A stretch of DNA of 64,000 nucleotides, taken from a virus. The notes beneath the pieces were generated by a model. That model worked only from the letters and a program-made list of their open reading frames with translations, did not search any database and was not told the origin of the DNA. The stretch is from positions 32,001 to 96,000 of the IMG/VR virus record IMGVR_UViG_3300023174_003073. One strand, given 5' to 3'. This document shows positions 29,462 through 39,051 of the stretch, in pieces (the first letter of the stretch is position 1; every line of letters begins with the position of its first letter). Made by a program: the position numbers and the translations under genes.

Positions 29462-31111
29462 TCAAGCCGATTTCAAGTGATTCGCAATGGCTTCTTGTTC
29501 TAATTCGGTTAATAATTCAGGATCGTATTCACCGGTGCTAATTTGGTCCATTAAGAATTGTAAGTACTTAGTATTACTTAAATAACTAGCAGTTGTATTT
29601 TTGTTAATGTCTATCCATTTTTCACCGTTACTCTTGTAAACACGATGTGGTATAGCATCAATGCGAATATGGGTGTCACCGATTTTTCCAATGTTGGCTA
29701 ATCCTTGACCAAAAGTAATTTTTACTTCTCTTGGATTATCTTCTTTGATAGCAAATAAGTCAGGACGCTTATCTTTTAGTACATGGGCACTCATTCTTTT
29801 ACCCTCGTACTCTACATAACCACCACCTAAATCTTTAAATCCTACAGTGGATCTTACATTTGGGTCAGCAAGTGCAGGACCGGTTTGTATCCATTTACCA
29901 GTTTTCAAATCCTTGATGCCCTCGTAGGGAGGAGTGTCATCAACAACTGTCTCTTCCTCTACTACATCAGTATTTTCTTTTAGTTCAGGAATAACTACCC
30001 AACTAGTTATCGGAGGCAAATCTTCTTCTACAACATCTTCAAGTATTTGATAGTCAATATACATATCAGGATATCCAGGAGAAGCTACAATATTCATAGA
30101 TTCTTCTGGTATGGTTACTTTGGTTACCAAATATCTAGGATCAGGATCAGTGAATTTGTTAGCTACATAATGTTCAGATGATTCAGGTTCTGGTTCAGAT
30201 GGGAAGGGCCATGTTGCTTTCGGTTCAGTTTCTGGGGCAGGGACTATATCAACTTTTTCTACTGGTTCATCCAATACTATGATTTCTTCTTTGGGAGGGA
30301 TGATAGCCATTGCATGTTTATCATCGCTAATTTTTTTATCCCAATCTTTACTTTGATTAGCCGCAATAACTAAAATAATAGCAAGAGGATCAAATACAAT
30401 AACAAGTAAAATAATTACCCAACGTACAGCACGTTCAAGTAAATTTGCATCAGGATTATCACCATAAATAAATGCCGCAATATATTTGATTGGACCTACT
30501 TCTGCTTCAACCTTACGAACTTCTGACGCAATAGGTGCTCGTTCTTCATTCAGTTTAGCAATTTTTGTTTGTTCGGCTGTAATCTCGTTTTGTAATCTAA
30601 CTCGTTCTTTTGCTTGTCCCCTACGAATAGACACTGCTTTGTCTGCACCTTTTTCTGAATCTGACCTTGCCATGACCTGATCCACAGCCTCATCCATTTG
30701 TTTAAGTGCCTTACGATTAGCCTCAATATTTTCTTTTGCTGTTTTAATCTTCTCATCTAGTATTTGTACTTTGGCAATACTATTTCCACCTGCAACACTT
30801 TGGTCCAAGTGTGCTTTAGATAAGAAACCAAAGATACCCATACTTGTTAGTAATGCGAGTGCTATAACAGCAGGTACAAGATATACCTTCATTATCCATG
30901 TACAACGATACCAATACTTACGCAACCACACTGTTGTAGTGATTTTTGCAAGTTCAAGTGCTGAACCCATAATGATAATAGGTACAACCGCACCAGCAAA
31001 GATAGCGGTTAGACCGACAATACTATACCAAGCGGCGATAGTACTAAGTGATAATGCCACTAACAATGTGGCATTACTGAATGAAAAAATTGATAAAAAT
31101 CGTGTGAACAT
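29462..31111 (-). CDS. Multi-TM coiled-coil membrane protein with acidic Pro-rich linker
   Basis: TSMGIFGFLSKAH, EVGPIKY, IVFDPLA motifs. Confidence 0.75.
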   Translation of the reverse strand: MFTRFLSIFSFSNATLLVALSLSTIAAWYSIVGLTAIFAGAVVPIIIMGSALELAKITTTVWLRKYWYRCTWIMKVYLVPAVIALALLTSMGIFGFLSKAHLDQSVAGGNSIAKVQILDEKIKTAKENIEANRKALKQMDEAVDQVMARSDSEKGADKAVSIRRGQAKERVRLQNEITAEQTKIAKLNEERAPIASEVRKVEAEVGPIKYIAAFIYGDNPDANLLERAVRWVIILLVIVFDPLAIILVIAANQSKDWDKKISDDKHAMAIIPPKEEIIVLDEPVEKVDIVPAPETEPKATWPFPSEPEPESSEHYVANKFTDPDPRYLVTKVTIPEESMNIVASPGYPDMYIDYQILEDVVEEDLPPITSWVVIPELKENTDVVEEETVVDDTPPYEGIKDLKTGKWIQTGPALADPNVRSTVGFKDLGGGYVEYEGKRMSAHVLKDKRPDLFAIKEDNPREVKITFGQGLANIGKIGDTHIRIDAIPHRVYKSNGEKWIDINKNTTASYLSNTKYLQFLMDQISTGEYDPELLTELEQEAIANHLKSA

Positions 31112-31144
31112 TTGAGTATTTATTCGGGTTTATATGTCATAGTA

Positions 31145-31378
31145 TTATAACACTTTGCCCAAGCAATTCCAAATCAATTGGTCTAGTTCAGCTTGATAAT
31201 CTTTACCAAGTCTACGTTTTTCATATATGGCTTCAAGCATTTCTTTACCATCACCATAATCGGCACCAGCACCACGATTTTCTAATTCTTCAATTAGGTC
31301 ATCTGTTTCAAAATCACTGAGGTCAACATCAACTTCAACCTCAGTGTAAATGGTCTTATATGTCATTATCTTCTCCAA
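31145..31378 (-). CDS. Hypothetical protein
   Basis: ORF track. Confidence 0.6.
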   Translation of the reverse strand: MEKIMTYKTIYTEVEVDVDLSDFETDDLIEELENRGAGADYGDGKEMLEAIYEKRRLGKDYQAELDQLIWNCLGKVL

Positions 31379-31556
31379 ATAAATGTTTGTAATTGCTCAT
31401 AAATTCTTTGTGTTGCATAACCAATTTTCTAGGTAGACTAGAGTTCATTGAAATTAAATAATGCACCCATAATCCATCTTCTCTTGGCTTAACTTGAATC
31501 ACTTCAATTCTACCACCATCTTCAAATGTATATGATTTTCCTACTAGATTACTCAT
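31356..31556 (-). CDS. Hypothetical protein
   Basis: ORF track. Confidence 0.6.
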   Translation of the reverse strand: MSNLVGKSYTFEDGGRIEVIQVKPREDGLWVHYLISMNSSLPRKLVMQHKEFMSNYKHLFGEDNDI

Positions 31557-32412
31557 CGGCTCTATCTATTGATTCTGTATGTGCGGCACATTCTGGGCAG
31601 ATACCTTCTTTGTAACAATCGTTTTCTACACCACTCCAACCACATTCAGTACATTGGATAGTATGTGTCATTAGTTCATCAAACTCACGTTTGAGTTCTT
31701 CTAATGCCTCTTCTAGGTCTGCTTGTGATACAGTATCATCTTCTTCACGACTATCAAACATTACCCAACCATCTTGACATGTAGGGCAAAAGAGTTGTCC
31801 ATTCAATTCAGGAAGTTCGCTTTCTTTGTGCATTGCCTCACAACTGAAACAAGGAACTTCTTCTTCATTGTCTTTGGCTTCTTGTGCCCAACGTGCCTCA
31901 CGTTCTTTATTTTCTAGTTCTTCTTTAATACCAACTTCTGTTAGTTCAGTATCACTATCACACATTGGACAAATATCTTTATCACTATGTGATTCTTCTT
32001 CTGAATTGAAATAATCTTCAATTACAGTACCATCTTCACGTAGATATGCTGTGCGAGTTTCATAACTACGACCAGTCCAACGACACTTGGTGCATTTATG
32101 CGATGGTTCAGGTTCCTTATGTGGGGTGTGCCAACTATCTTCATCACCTAATTCATAAGTAACTTCATAGCCACCTTTACGGTCAGTCCACCAATCATCA
32201 TATTGGCGATCCCATTCTAGTTCAACATCATTTTCCCAGGCATCATTGACAATTTCTTCAACGTCAATTTCACCTTCTTCAATTTGTTTAAGTTTTTCAA
32301 CAATTTCATCTTCATCCAAATCAGGATAGATTTCGCTTAGAGTACTTTCATCAAGTTCAAGTGCAAATTGACTATCAACTGAATGCCATTCGTGTTTAAC
32401 TAAAGTTACCAT
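31549..32412 (-). CDS. Acidic protein with three zinc-ribbon (CxxC pair) modules
   Basis: CTKC/CPMC, CFSC/CPTC, CTEC/CPEC. Confidence 0.7.
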   Translation of the reverse strand: MVTLVKHEWHSVDSQFALELDESTLSEIYPDLDEDEIVEKLKQIEEGEIDVEEIVNDAWENDVELEWDRQYDDWWTDRKGGYEVTYELGDEDSWHTPHKEPEPSHKCTKCRWTGRSYETRTAYLREDGTVIEDYFNSEEESHSDKDICPMCDSDTELTEVGIKEELENKEREARWAQEAKDNEEEVPCFSCEAMHKESELPELNGQLFCPTCQDGWVMFDSREEDDTVSQADLEEALEELKREFDELMTHTIQCTECGWSGVENDCYKEGICPECAAHTESIDRADE

Positions 32413-32421
32413 TTTTATTCC

Positions 32422-32712
32422 TTACTTTTTAATAAAATAATCTGACCATTTGCCATTTGCAAACAACATAAACTTCTTGTACATTACCCCATCAACCTCA
32501 ACTAATGTATATGTGTTGACATAGGTTTCATTAAGTAAATAAATGTTATCTGAATGTCTATATCCAAAATTATGTTCTTTAAGAACAGTCGCAACAGGTT
32601 GTGGATTTACTTCAGCTGGACAATCAATAGGTGTAATTAACTTAGGATCAATCATATCCTCAGCATGTGCTATACCTACAAACAATGTTAGTAAAAGTAA
32701 ATTACGTAGCAT
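32422..32712 (-). CDS. Secreted hypothetical protein
   Basis: Signal peptide ending AHA. Confidence 0.6.
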   Translation of the reverse strand: MLRNLLLLTLFVGIAHAEDMIDPKLITPIDCPAEVNPQPVATVLKEHNFGYRHSDNIYLLNETYVNTYTLVEVDGVMYKKFMLFANGKWSDYFIKK

Positions 32713-32899
32713 AATTTGGTTCTTCCTTTATTTTAATGCACTTTGCTTTAATTTTTAAATTAAAGAATTCGGGACTTTGTAATAGTTCATTTTTTCTATC
32801 AATGCACAGTTGCTTTGAATTCATAGGACCCACATTGGTTTTTGAAATAAAATCCCCACCGGGACTAAACAGTGATACCATTAACATCCATTGAATCAT
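32702..32899 (-). CDS. Small protein with hydrophobic N-terminus and Cys pair
   Basis: ORF track. Confidence 0.55.
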   Translation of the reverse strand: MIQWMLMVSLFSPGGDFISKTNVGPMNSKQLCIDRKNELLQSPEFFNLKIKAKCIKIKEEPNYAT

Positions 32900-33156
32900 T
32901 CTTCAACTCCGAAATGTTCTTGTAAATCTCGTCTAATGAACTTCACAGCATTGTCCCAAATATCATTACTACCACCTCGTTCAGCATCGTCCACAATGCT
33001 GATACATTCCCGAACAATCAACTCGGCGAACTTTTCTAACTGTAATTCACGTTGTTGCTTTGATACAGGATTATCTAAGAAGTCAACCGCATCTTTAGTT
33101 TCAACCAGTGCATCAAGTGTAGCCTGATTTAAAAGTTCTTTAATTCGTTCATTCAT
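32896..33156 (-). CDS. Hypothetical phage protein (MNERIKEL...FAELIVREC...HFGVEE type)
   Basis: Paralog of 50455..50691. Confidence 0.7.
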   Translation of the reverse strand: MNERIKELLNQATLDALVETKDAVDFLDNPVSKQQRELQLEKFAELIVRECISIVDDAERGGSNDIWDNAVKFIRRDLQEHFGVEE

Positions 33157-34490
33157 TTATCATCCCTAAATCTAACAAATCGTGGGAAACGCAAACTATA
33201 CGTACCATCACGATTTTGAGTAATTACATCGCACATTATTTCAGCAGTTCTACCAATGATATGACTACTATTAGTCCAATACTCATCTCTATCACTATCG
33301 CTAAACCCACTACCAACATTGACGGTAATATCTTTCCCGTCATCTTGTCCGGCGCAAACCAGTGCGCCAAGTCGTCCTTGATTTCTTCCAGTACCTTCTT
33401 CAACACCTACAACCTCCAAGTCTACTGTAATCGTGGGCTTCCACTTCATCCAATCTGTACTGCGTTTGCAGACATATGGGGCATCTAAATTTTTAATCAT
33501 AATGCCTTCGAATCCTGCATTAACTTGATCCTTAGCATATCGCTCTAACTGATCCTTACCTGCGGCTGTGTCTAAGTCAACCATCAAGTGTGGTAACAAC
33601 TCAACATTGGGCATACTGTCAATGATTGGACGCATATCCTCTAAAATATTAATGCGTTTACTAAGTTGTGCGTTCCAATGACCTTCACGGAAAGCCGCTA
33701 ATGGTAGAATGTCAAAGACATTGAATACACTATCCTCTGCTTGTACATCAGTCTTACGGCGTGCTTGACGCATAAGTTCTTGGAATGTATTACCAATCAC
33801 TTCACCATCCATTACAAAGCCCAAACTTAAATTACTTGTTGCGGCCTGGCGTGTAAGTTTGTGAAAGTTCTCACGTATTTGATTTTCAATATGACCAAAA
33901 TTGTCAAACTGTTTACCATTGCGACTGAAACAAATAGTAACAACATTACCTTCTTCGTCAGGGATAGCCATCAACAACACACGAACACCATCCAACTTAG
34001 GTTCAAGGCGTTTGATGCCCTTCATCTCGGGACGACCTTCGCTGTTAGTTGCTAGTTGACAACCAAAGATTGGAATTTCGTAGTCAGTGCCTTTACAAAT
34101 TTTGTTGATGGTTTTATCACTGATACCTGCACGTAAGTCTCTACGCAACACAGGTGCACAAAATGTATTCCATTCTATACTATCAAAACGTTCAGCCATA
34201 TTTTGTACTGCATCCCGTGCCGCATGACCTGTCAACTTACGCTGACTAAGTTCTACCATCAACTCGTTAAAATCATCCCAGGGATTCTCAGCATCAACAA
34301 TACCCACAGTATCGGGCACTTGACGAATACCAAATGTAACATAGGGATTGTAACAGGCTTTGGTAAAGCCCAAGAAAATCTGACTATTGCGACTGCCTAG
34401 GACACTTGCCTCAAGCGCCTGCAAAATTACATCTTCTTTATGAAGGCGACTATCGCTCTCGTTTAATTTATTAATCCATGACGCACTCAT
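33153..34490 (-). CDS. ATP-dependent DNA ligase
   Basis: EPKLDGVR, DGE, EGIMIK, SLRFPRF..FRDDK. Confidence 0.95.
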   Translation of the reverse strand: MSASWINKLNESDSRLHKEDVILQALEASVLGSRNSQIFLGFTKACYNPYVTFGIRQVPDTVGIVDAENPWDDFNELMVELSQRKLTGHAARDAVQNMAERFDSIEWNTFCAPVLRRDLRAGISDKTINKICKGTDYEIPIFGCQLATNSEGRPEMKGIKRLEPKLDGVRVLLMAIPDEEGNVVTICFSRNGKQFDNFGHIENQIRENFHKLTRQAATSNLSLGFVMDGEVIGNTFQELMRQARRKTDVQAEDSVFNVFDILPLAAFREGHWNAQLSKRINILEDMRPIIDSMPNVELLPHLMVDLDTAAGKDQLERYAKDQVNAGFEGIMIKNLDAPYVCKRSTDWMKWKPTITVDLEVVGVEEGTGRNQGRLGALVCAGQDDGKDITVNVGSGFSDSDRDEYWTNSSHIIGRTAEIMCDVITQNRDGTYSLRFPRFVRFRDDK

Positions 34491-34732
34491 TTGTCTTCCT
34501 CTTTCTCTAATTGTCTAGCAAATAACTCAAGTTGCTCAATCAAATTGTGGGCACCTTGTTGGTTCATAGTAAGTGTAGTATAACCTATTCTTAAAGTGAT
34601 ACGATTATCATCAGTTACACCAATGCTATAGTGCTCTTGTTCTTTTTTAGGTGGTTCAACATATGGTACCTTAGTTTCTGGAAATTGAAGTACATTGCTA
34701 TATTCACGTTTTTTAAAAAAATCAAATATCAT
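34487..34732 (-). CDS. Hypothetical protein
   Basis: ORF track. Confidence 0.6.
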   Translation of the reverse strand: MIFDFFKKREYSNVLQFPETKVPYVEPPKKEQEHYSIGVTDDNRITLRIGYTTLTMNQQGAHNLIEQLELFARQLEKEEDK

Positions 34733-35152
34733 TGTTTATCCCCAAATACTGTGATATATTGCATAGAAAAATACAAACATGGTCATAAAGAAAAGCAAAG
34801 GTTGCAGTATGATAAACCATAAGAACATTATGATAAAATCCGGGTTTAAATATTTTAAATATTTTTTCATTATTACTCCAATATCAAAATAAGGAATGCC
34901 AAAAGCAATCCTAGCAAGGGTTCACCTACGAACACTAACAGTAGTACAGCGAGCCAAGCCATTACTGTTCCTTGACTTGTTCTTGTACAATTGCTTTGGT
35001 TTTGTTTACACCGCTGTCAAGCAGTTTAGCAACACCACTGAATCCTACAGTAGCAATAACAATACCGAACAATGTACCAAAAAGAAACTCTCGCATAAAA
35101 ACTCCTGTGTGTGAAAATAATGATTGTAGTATACTATATAACGGATATATTG

Positions 35153-35911
35153 TCAAATGACCTTTACCCGATTCAGTTTCGTACTGTTGTCACGGTGTGC
35201 TTTAACAGTACCCTGAATTGTATAAGTATCTCCTATTTCCAATCTGTCAATATGATTGTAAGCAAAAAATACTACTTGGTCTTCACTTGTGATACCTGTG
35301 AAATAACTTGTATTCCACTTTTGGCTGTAAACAGTTTTTAATACTTCAATACTAACTGTAATTTTGTCACCACTTGTACCAATGTATCCGCCGGTAGCAA
35401 ACTTAATGCGCTGGTCAACATTGCCTCGCTTAACACCACGCTCGTAGCTTGATGGTAAACTTGCAATTACTGCAATGTCATAATTACTATTAATTATATC
35501 ACGGTTGCTAATCAGCATAGCATTATTATCAAAATCATTTAGTTTAGTACCTTTAAGAATTTTGAATGTATATGCTTGAAAGTATTGACGAACCTTTTTA
35601 GCCTGCTCAATATCTTCTTCTAAGAGAAGTGCAGGGTCATGTAAAAATTGCAACATGATATCACGGTTGCGTAGTTTGGTACTAAGTACTTCACCAAACT
35701 CACCGATTTGATTTTGACCGTCTTTAATGTACTCACCATTGATACGTTGAGCCGCACAAGCCGCACCCCATACAGTATCGGCAATAAAATTCAATGCAGG
35801 CTGTTTAGGTTTGTTGCGATAGGTTCTTGTAGTCGGTGTATCATCATCCTCATGACCAAGACGTTGAATGTCACGACTAGACCAACCTGTAACATCTCTA
35901 AATCCACTCAT
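35153..35911 (-). CDS. Hypothetical protein with C-terminal OB-fold-like region
   Basis: IQGTVKAH...TKLNRVK. Confidence 0.65.
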   Translation of the reverse strand: MSGFRDVTGWSSRDIQRLGHEDDDTPTTRTYRNKPKQPALNFIADTVWGAACAAQRINGEYIKDGQNQIGEFGEVLSTKLRNRDIMLQFLHDPALLLEEDIEQAKKVRQYFQAYTFKILKGTKLNDFDNNAMLISNRDIINSNYDIAVIASLPSSYERGVKRGNVDQRIKFATGGYIGTSGDKITVSIEVLKTVYSQKWNTSYFTGITSEDQVVFFAYNHIDRLEIGDTYTIQGTVKAHRDNSTKLNRVKVI

Positions 35912-35912
35912 A

Positions 35913-36185
35913 TTACATGCTCCAAAAAGATTCGCTAGAAGGAGAACAGAAATAAGGGGTATCGTAACGCTCCTGGTATGTCTTACCAGTCATCATGTTG
36001 CGTTTAGTAACCCAAGTTTCACGTGCCTCAACAATGAAACCCAACTTAGTTTTAGATTCAATCACCGCCTTGATGTAGGCTCTAGTAACCGGGGCAAATT
36101 CTTCTTTAGTAACCAGACGCTTACCGCCCTTAACACGTTTGTCAGATTTGTACAATTCCAATGTGTATTCAACTAGTGCAGACAT
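35913..36185 (-). CDS. Hypothetical early protein
   Basis: DTPYFCSPSSESFWSM C-terminus; promoter unit and SD upstream. Confidence 0.7.
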   Translation of the reverse strand: MSALVEYTLELYKSDKRVKGGKRLVTKEEFAPVTRAYIKAVIESKTKLGFIVEARETWVTKRNMMTGKTYQERYDTPYFCSPSSESFWSM

Positions 36186-36189
36186 TTCA

Positions 36190-36243
36190 GCTCCTTTAAT
36201 CAATCAATACAAGTATTATATACCCAAATCCATTTATTGTCAA
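36190..36243 (-). promoter_or_regulatory. Repeated sigma70 early promoter unit
   Basis: TTGACA(36238-43)-17-TATAAT(36215-20); leader identical to 19028-19058. Confidence 0.85.
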
Positions 36244-36245
36244 CC

Positions 36246-36623
36246 TCAGGCCACTTGCTTGAAATAGCTATAGGGCAAGCCAAGTTCATGGCATAGATAT
36301 TCCCAGTCGCCATTGGCGTTGCTAGCATCCATGATCCACTTAAGCGCGGTCTCACGATTGCGAGCACCCATACATATAGTGTTGGTCACGTGCTGTTCAA
36401 ACTTAACAATAGCCTCTGCTTCGGAGGCTTTGCGATGGGCTTCCTCTTGTTCAATAATTCCACCCAGGTAATCAAACTCTGCTTGGAACTCAGCAAGAGT
36501 CCAGCCCGAGGTATCTACATGTCGGGGACGAAAACCATGAGCATCCTTGTACATATCCCAGAAGGTCTCACGGGCTTGTTCCAGCTCAGACATTTCTTCC
36601 CAAGATTTGAATTCGTTTGACAT
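36246..36623 (-). CDS. Hypothetical early protein
   Basis: D.YKDAHGFRPR motif. Confidence 0.75.
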   Translation of the reverse strand: MSNEFKSWEEMSELEQARETFWDMYKDAHGFRPRHVDTSGWTLAEFQAEFDYLGGIIEQEEAHRKASEAEAIVKFEQHVTNTICMGARNRETALKWIMDASNANGDWEYLCHELGLPYSYFKQVA

Positions 36624-36631
36624 TTTGTTTC

Positions 36632-36691
36632 CTTTTCTTTACTGTCTAAGATTCTATTATATACCCAAATCCATTTACTGTCAAGTTTTGG
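36632..36691 (-). promoter_or_regulatory. Repeated sigma70 early promoter unit
   Basis: TTGACA(36679-84)-17-TATAAT(36656-61). Confidence 0.85.
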
Positions 36692-36917
36692 ATTTCTCAG
36701 CACCGACGATTTCCCAGTGACTTCCGTCACATTTGACAAAAATCTTACGACCAAAAACTGTCACAAAACCATACTCACCGTCTTGATAGACGTTAACCGG
36801 ATCAGGGATAATGGTCACAGTACGGGGTGTCTCACAGTAATCCCAACGCCTAGTAGGAAGTTTGTTTTTGAAATACATGTAATTCTGACTACCTGTAACA
36901 AAAAGTTTTACCTTCAT
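36681..36917 (-). CDS. Hypothetical early protein
   Basis: ORF between two promoter units; its TGA lies inside the next TTGACA. Confidence 0.65.
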   Translation of the reverse strand: MKVKLFVTGSQNYMYFKNKLPTRRWDYCETPRTVTIIPDPVNVYQDGEYGFVTVFGRKIFVKCDGSHWEIVGAEKSKT

Positions 36918-36926
36918 AACTATCTC

Positions 36927-36985
36927 CCTTTAATCAATCAATACAAGTATTATATACCCAAACCGATTTATTGTCAAGTTTTGGG
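36927..36985 (-). promoter_or_regulatory. Repeated sigma70 early promoter unit
   Basis: TTGACA(36972-77)-17-TATAAT(36949-54). Confidence 0.85.
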
Positions 36986-37001
36986 TATGTAACATTAAGT
37001 A

Positions 37002-37274
37002 TTACTTTTGGTCACAGTATTCAAAGAGGATCCACTTAGCACGATTCAGTGCTTGGCGAACATCTTCGATAACCATGAAATCATAAGAACCACCGTTATC
37101 ATGGGCAATCATTTCCTGACAATCGGACATGATGCTAGCTGCCATCATAGCAGGACCGCTGTGACGAAAAGTAATACTTTGTTCTACAGCCTCACGCATT
37201 TCAATTTCGGTGACACCATACATACGAATTTCACGTTTTTGTTGTTCTGTCAGTTGGTCATAAATTGCAGTCAT
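37002..37274 (-). CDS. Hypothetical early protein
   Basis: ORF downstream of promoter unit 37304-37332. Confidence 0.7.
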   Translation of the reverse strand: MTAIYDQLTEQQKREIRMYGVTEIEMREAVEQSITFRHSGPAMMAASIMSDCQEMIAHDNGGSYDFMVIEDVRQALNRAKWILFEYCDQK

Positions 37275-37341
37275 ACAAGCTCCTTTAATTAATCAATACA
37301 TGTAGTATAGCACCAAACCCATTTATTGTCAAATTTTGGGC

Positions 37342-37373
37342 AAAAAAAAGCCCCGACTAGCGGAGCTTCTTTT
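37342..37373 (-). terminator. Probable intrinsic terminator upstream of the early cassette array
   Basis: GCTCCG-CTAGT-CGGGGC followed by T8. Confidence 0.7.
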
Positions 37374-37386
37374 GAAACTAAAAGTA

Positions 37387-37659
37387 TTACTTTTTAGTAG
37401 TGCCTTGATTTACAAAACTGTACATCTTTTCAGCAGTTTCCAAAATCTTGTCTAGACCTGGATGCTCGGGCATCTTAACTGTGCTAACAATTTGATTAGT
37501 CTTTGGATCACGTTCTGCTGTCATTTCCCAACCTGAAAATTTGACATGGAAGTCATCACTAATTAGATCCTTGGCCATTCCTAGAATGTCTGTGCGAATC
37601 TCGTAGCCGTTTTTATTGAATTTAACTTCTGGCATCTTTGGTGTTTCAAAATTTGACAT
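37387..37659 (-). CDS. Hypothetical protein
   Basis: NGYEIRTDILGMAK...AEKMYSFV; SD AAGGAG. Confidence 0.7.
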   Translation of the reverse strand: MSNFETPKMPEVKFNKNGYEIRTDILGMAKDLISDDFHVKFSGWEMTAERDPKTNQIVSTVKMPEHPGLDKILETAEKMYSFVNQGTTKK

Positions 37660-37738
37660 ATTTTTCTCCTTTAATGTGTGTATGTCTGTTGTGTTCCCTA
37701 TGAACACGATTGAAGTATATCACTGTTGCAATATACTA

Positions 37739-38320
37739 TCAATGCTTTTGGGTATTCTTAATACGGTCTTTGATTATATCAATGACTTTTTCACTAAGAA
37801 CTACCTCATAATGGTTGTAATCTATCTCAACTAACTCCATATCATCATGGTGTTTTTGACTTGCAATAGTTACTACTCCATCATTGGGTTCAACCATAAA
37901 AGGACTTTGTCCCTTTACAGTTACTATATTAGTCCATGGATGCTGTATCTTAATACGATTTGCCTGTTTCATTGCCCAACTACTAGGACCAATGTCTTTC
38001 ATCAATCTACTGAACGGTAGAAAGTACTTAGCATAGTCAGCAACCTCAGCACCACCATACGGGGTACTAAGTGTTACTGCGCCCAGTGTCTGTTTGGGTA
38101 ATGTGTTAGCCAAATGAATAGCATATATTCCACCTAAACTATGTCCGATGAAAAACATATCATTGACTGACGCTAATTGTTCAGTCATAGTTTTTAGGTT
38201 GTTTTCAAAACCATTTCTACTATCGTAGTTAACTACAATATCGTTACCACCTATATGTTCACGAATATGATTAAAACTTTCGCCGGTAGCACTGGCTCCA
38301 TGGATGTATACTAGTGTCAT
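37739..38320 (-). CDS. Alpha/beta hydrolase (lipase/esterase-like)
   Basis: IHG oxyanion, GHSLGG nucleophile, NDGVV, NHYE. Confidence 0.85.
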   Translation of the reverse strand: MTLVYIHGASATGESFNHIREHIGGNDIVVNYDSRNGFENNLKTMTEQLASVNDMFFIGHSLGGIYAIHLANTLPKQTLGAVTLSTPYGGAEVADYAKYFLPFSRLMKDIGPSSWAMKQANRIKIQHPWTNIVTVKGQSPFMVEPNDGVVTIASQKHHDDMELVEIDYNHYEVVLSEKVIDIIKDRIKNTQKH

Positions 38321-38340
38321 AACTTTTATTTATTTGGATG

Positions 38341-38496
38341 TTAATAGTAGGACATTCTTCTGTGAAATTCAGCAGTAAGACGTTCAACGTCAGCCTCGCT
38401 CTGTGGATTGCGACTGACAATGTATTCTTCTAATCTGCTTGCATAACTTTCACTGAATTTACTAAAGCATCTCTCAATTTGCTTGAGGATCCACAT
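38341..38496 (-). CDS. Small DUF3563-like protein (51 aa)
   Basis: Manual translation ...RLEEYIVSRNPQSEADVERLTAEF. Confidence 0.5.
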   Translation of the reverse strand: MWILKQIERCFSKFSESYASRLEEYIVSRNPQSEADVERLTAEFHRRMSYY

Positions 38497-38499
38497 AAA

Positions 38500-38763
38500 T
38501 TACTTAGTTTTCTTACTTGCAGCTTTTGTAGTGGTAAAAGAAGGTGTGAATGTTTCTGCAACTTCTTTAGCAAAATCTTTATTTGTCAACAAAGAATAGA
38601 ACCCAGTCATATTATCAAATAGTGCTTTGGTATATGCTGTCTCTGCGTCTACGAATTTGTTGATTGTGTCAGCAAGTGTTTCGTGTTTTACGAATGTGCT
38701 AACGATTTGCTTTTTGCCTGTTTGAACTGTGTCAATAGCGGTGTTGGTGATTGTATTAAACAT
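38500..38763 (-). CDS. Phasin-like amphipathic protein
   Basis: All-helical amphipathic 87 aa with basic C-terminal tail. Confidence 0.45.
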   Translation of the reverse strand: MFNTITNTAIDTVQTGKKQIVSTFVKHETLADTINKFVDAETAYTKALFDNMTGFYSLLTNKDFAKEVAETFTPSFTTTKAASKKTK

Positions 38764-38829
38764 TATATTCTCCTATGTGTATGTGTTTAAAGTTGGGTTT
38801 TTATACAGAACCCATAACTGCATTAATAT

Positions 38830-39051
38830 TTATGCCTGACTCTGTTTCTCTCTAAACTTCTTCATTGCTAGTTGTCTAGCAAGAAACAATCTAAATTTAG
38901 CATGGTCTGATATATCATCGGTGTCAGACTCATGGTGTATAATCTTTGGACGACTATATCCACGATGTGCCACTATATCCGGACTAGATGAATCGTCATC
39001 ATCTTCGTCCTCTAAATCACTTGGATTTTTTACTGGGACTTTTGGTGGCGT
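38830..39051 (-). CDS. Uncalled ORF with no canonical start (ACG start or +1 frameshift product)
   Basis: Frame open 38830-39099; (M)PPKVPVKNPSDLEDEDDDD...RLFLARQLAMKKFREKQSQA. Confidence 0.5.
   Translation of the reverse strand, partial: TPPKVPVKNPSDLEDEDDDDSSSPDIVAHRGYSRPKIIHHESDTDDISDHAKFRLFLARQLAMKKFREKQSQA

Noticed and set aside
17900-37340. Repeats as a CRISPR array or integron attC sites
   Set aside because: They are sigma70 promoter/RBS units separated by whole genes of variable length; no constant spacer length, no cas genes, no integrase and no attC-type palindrome
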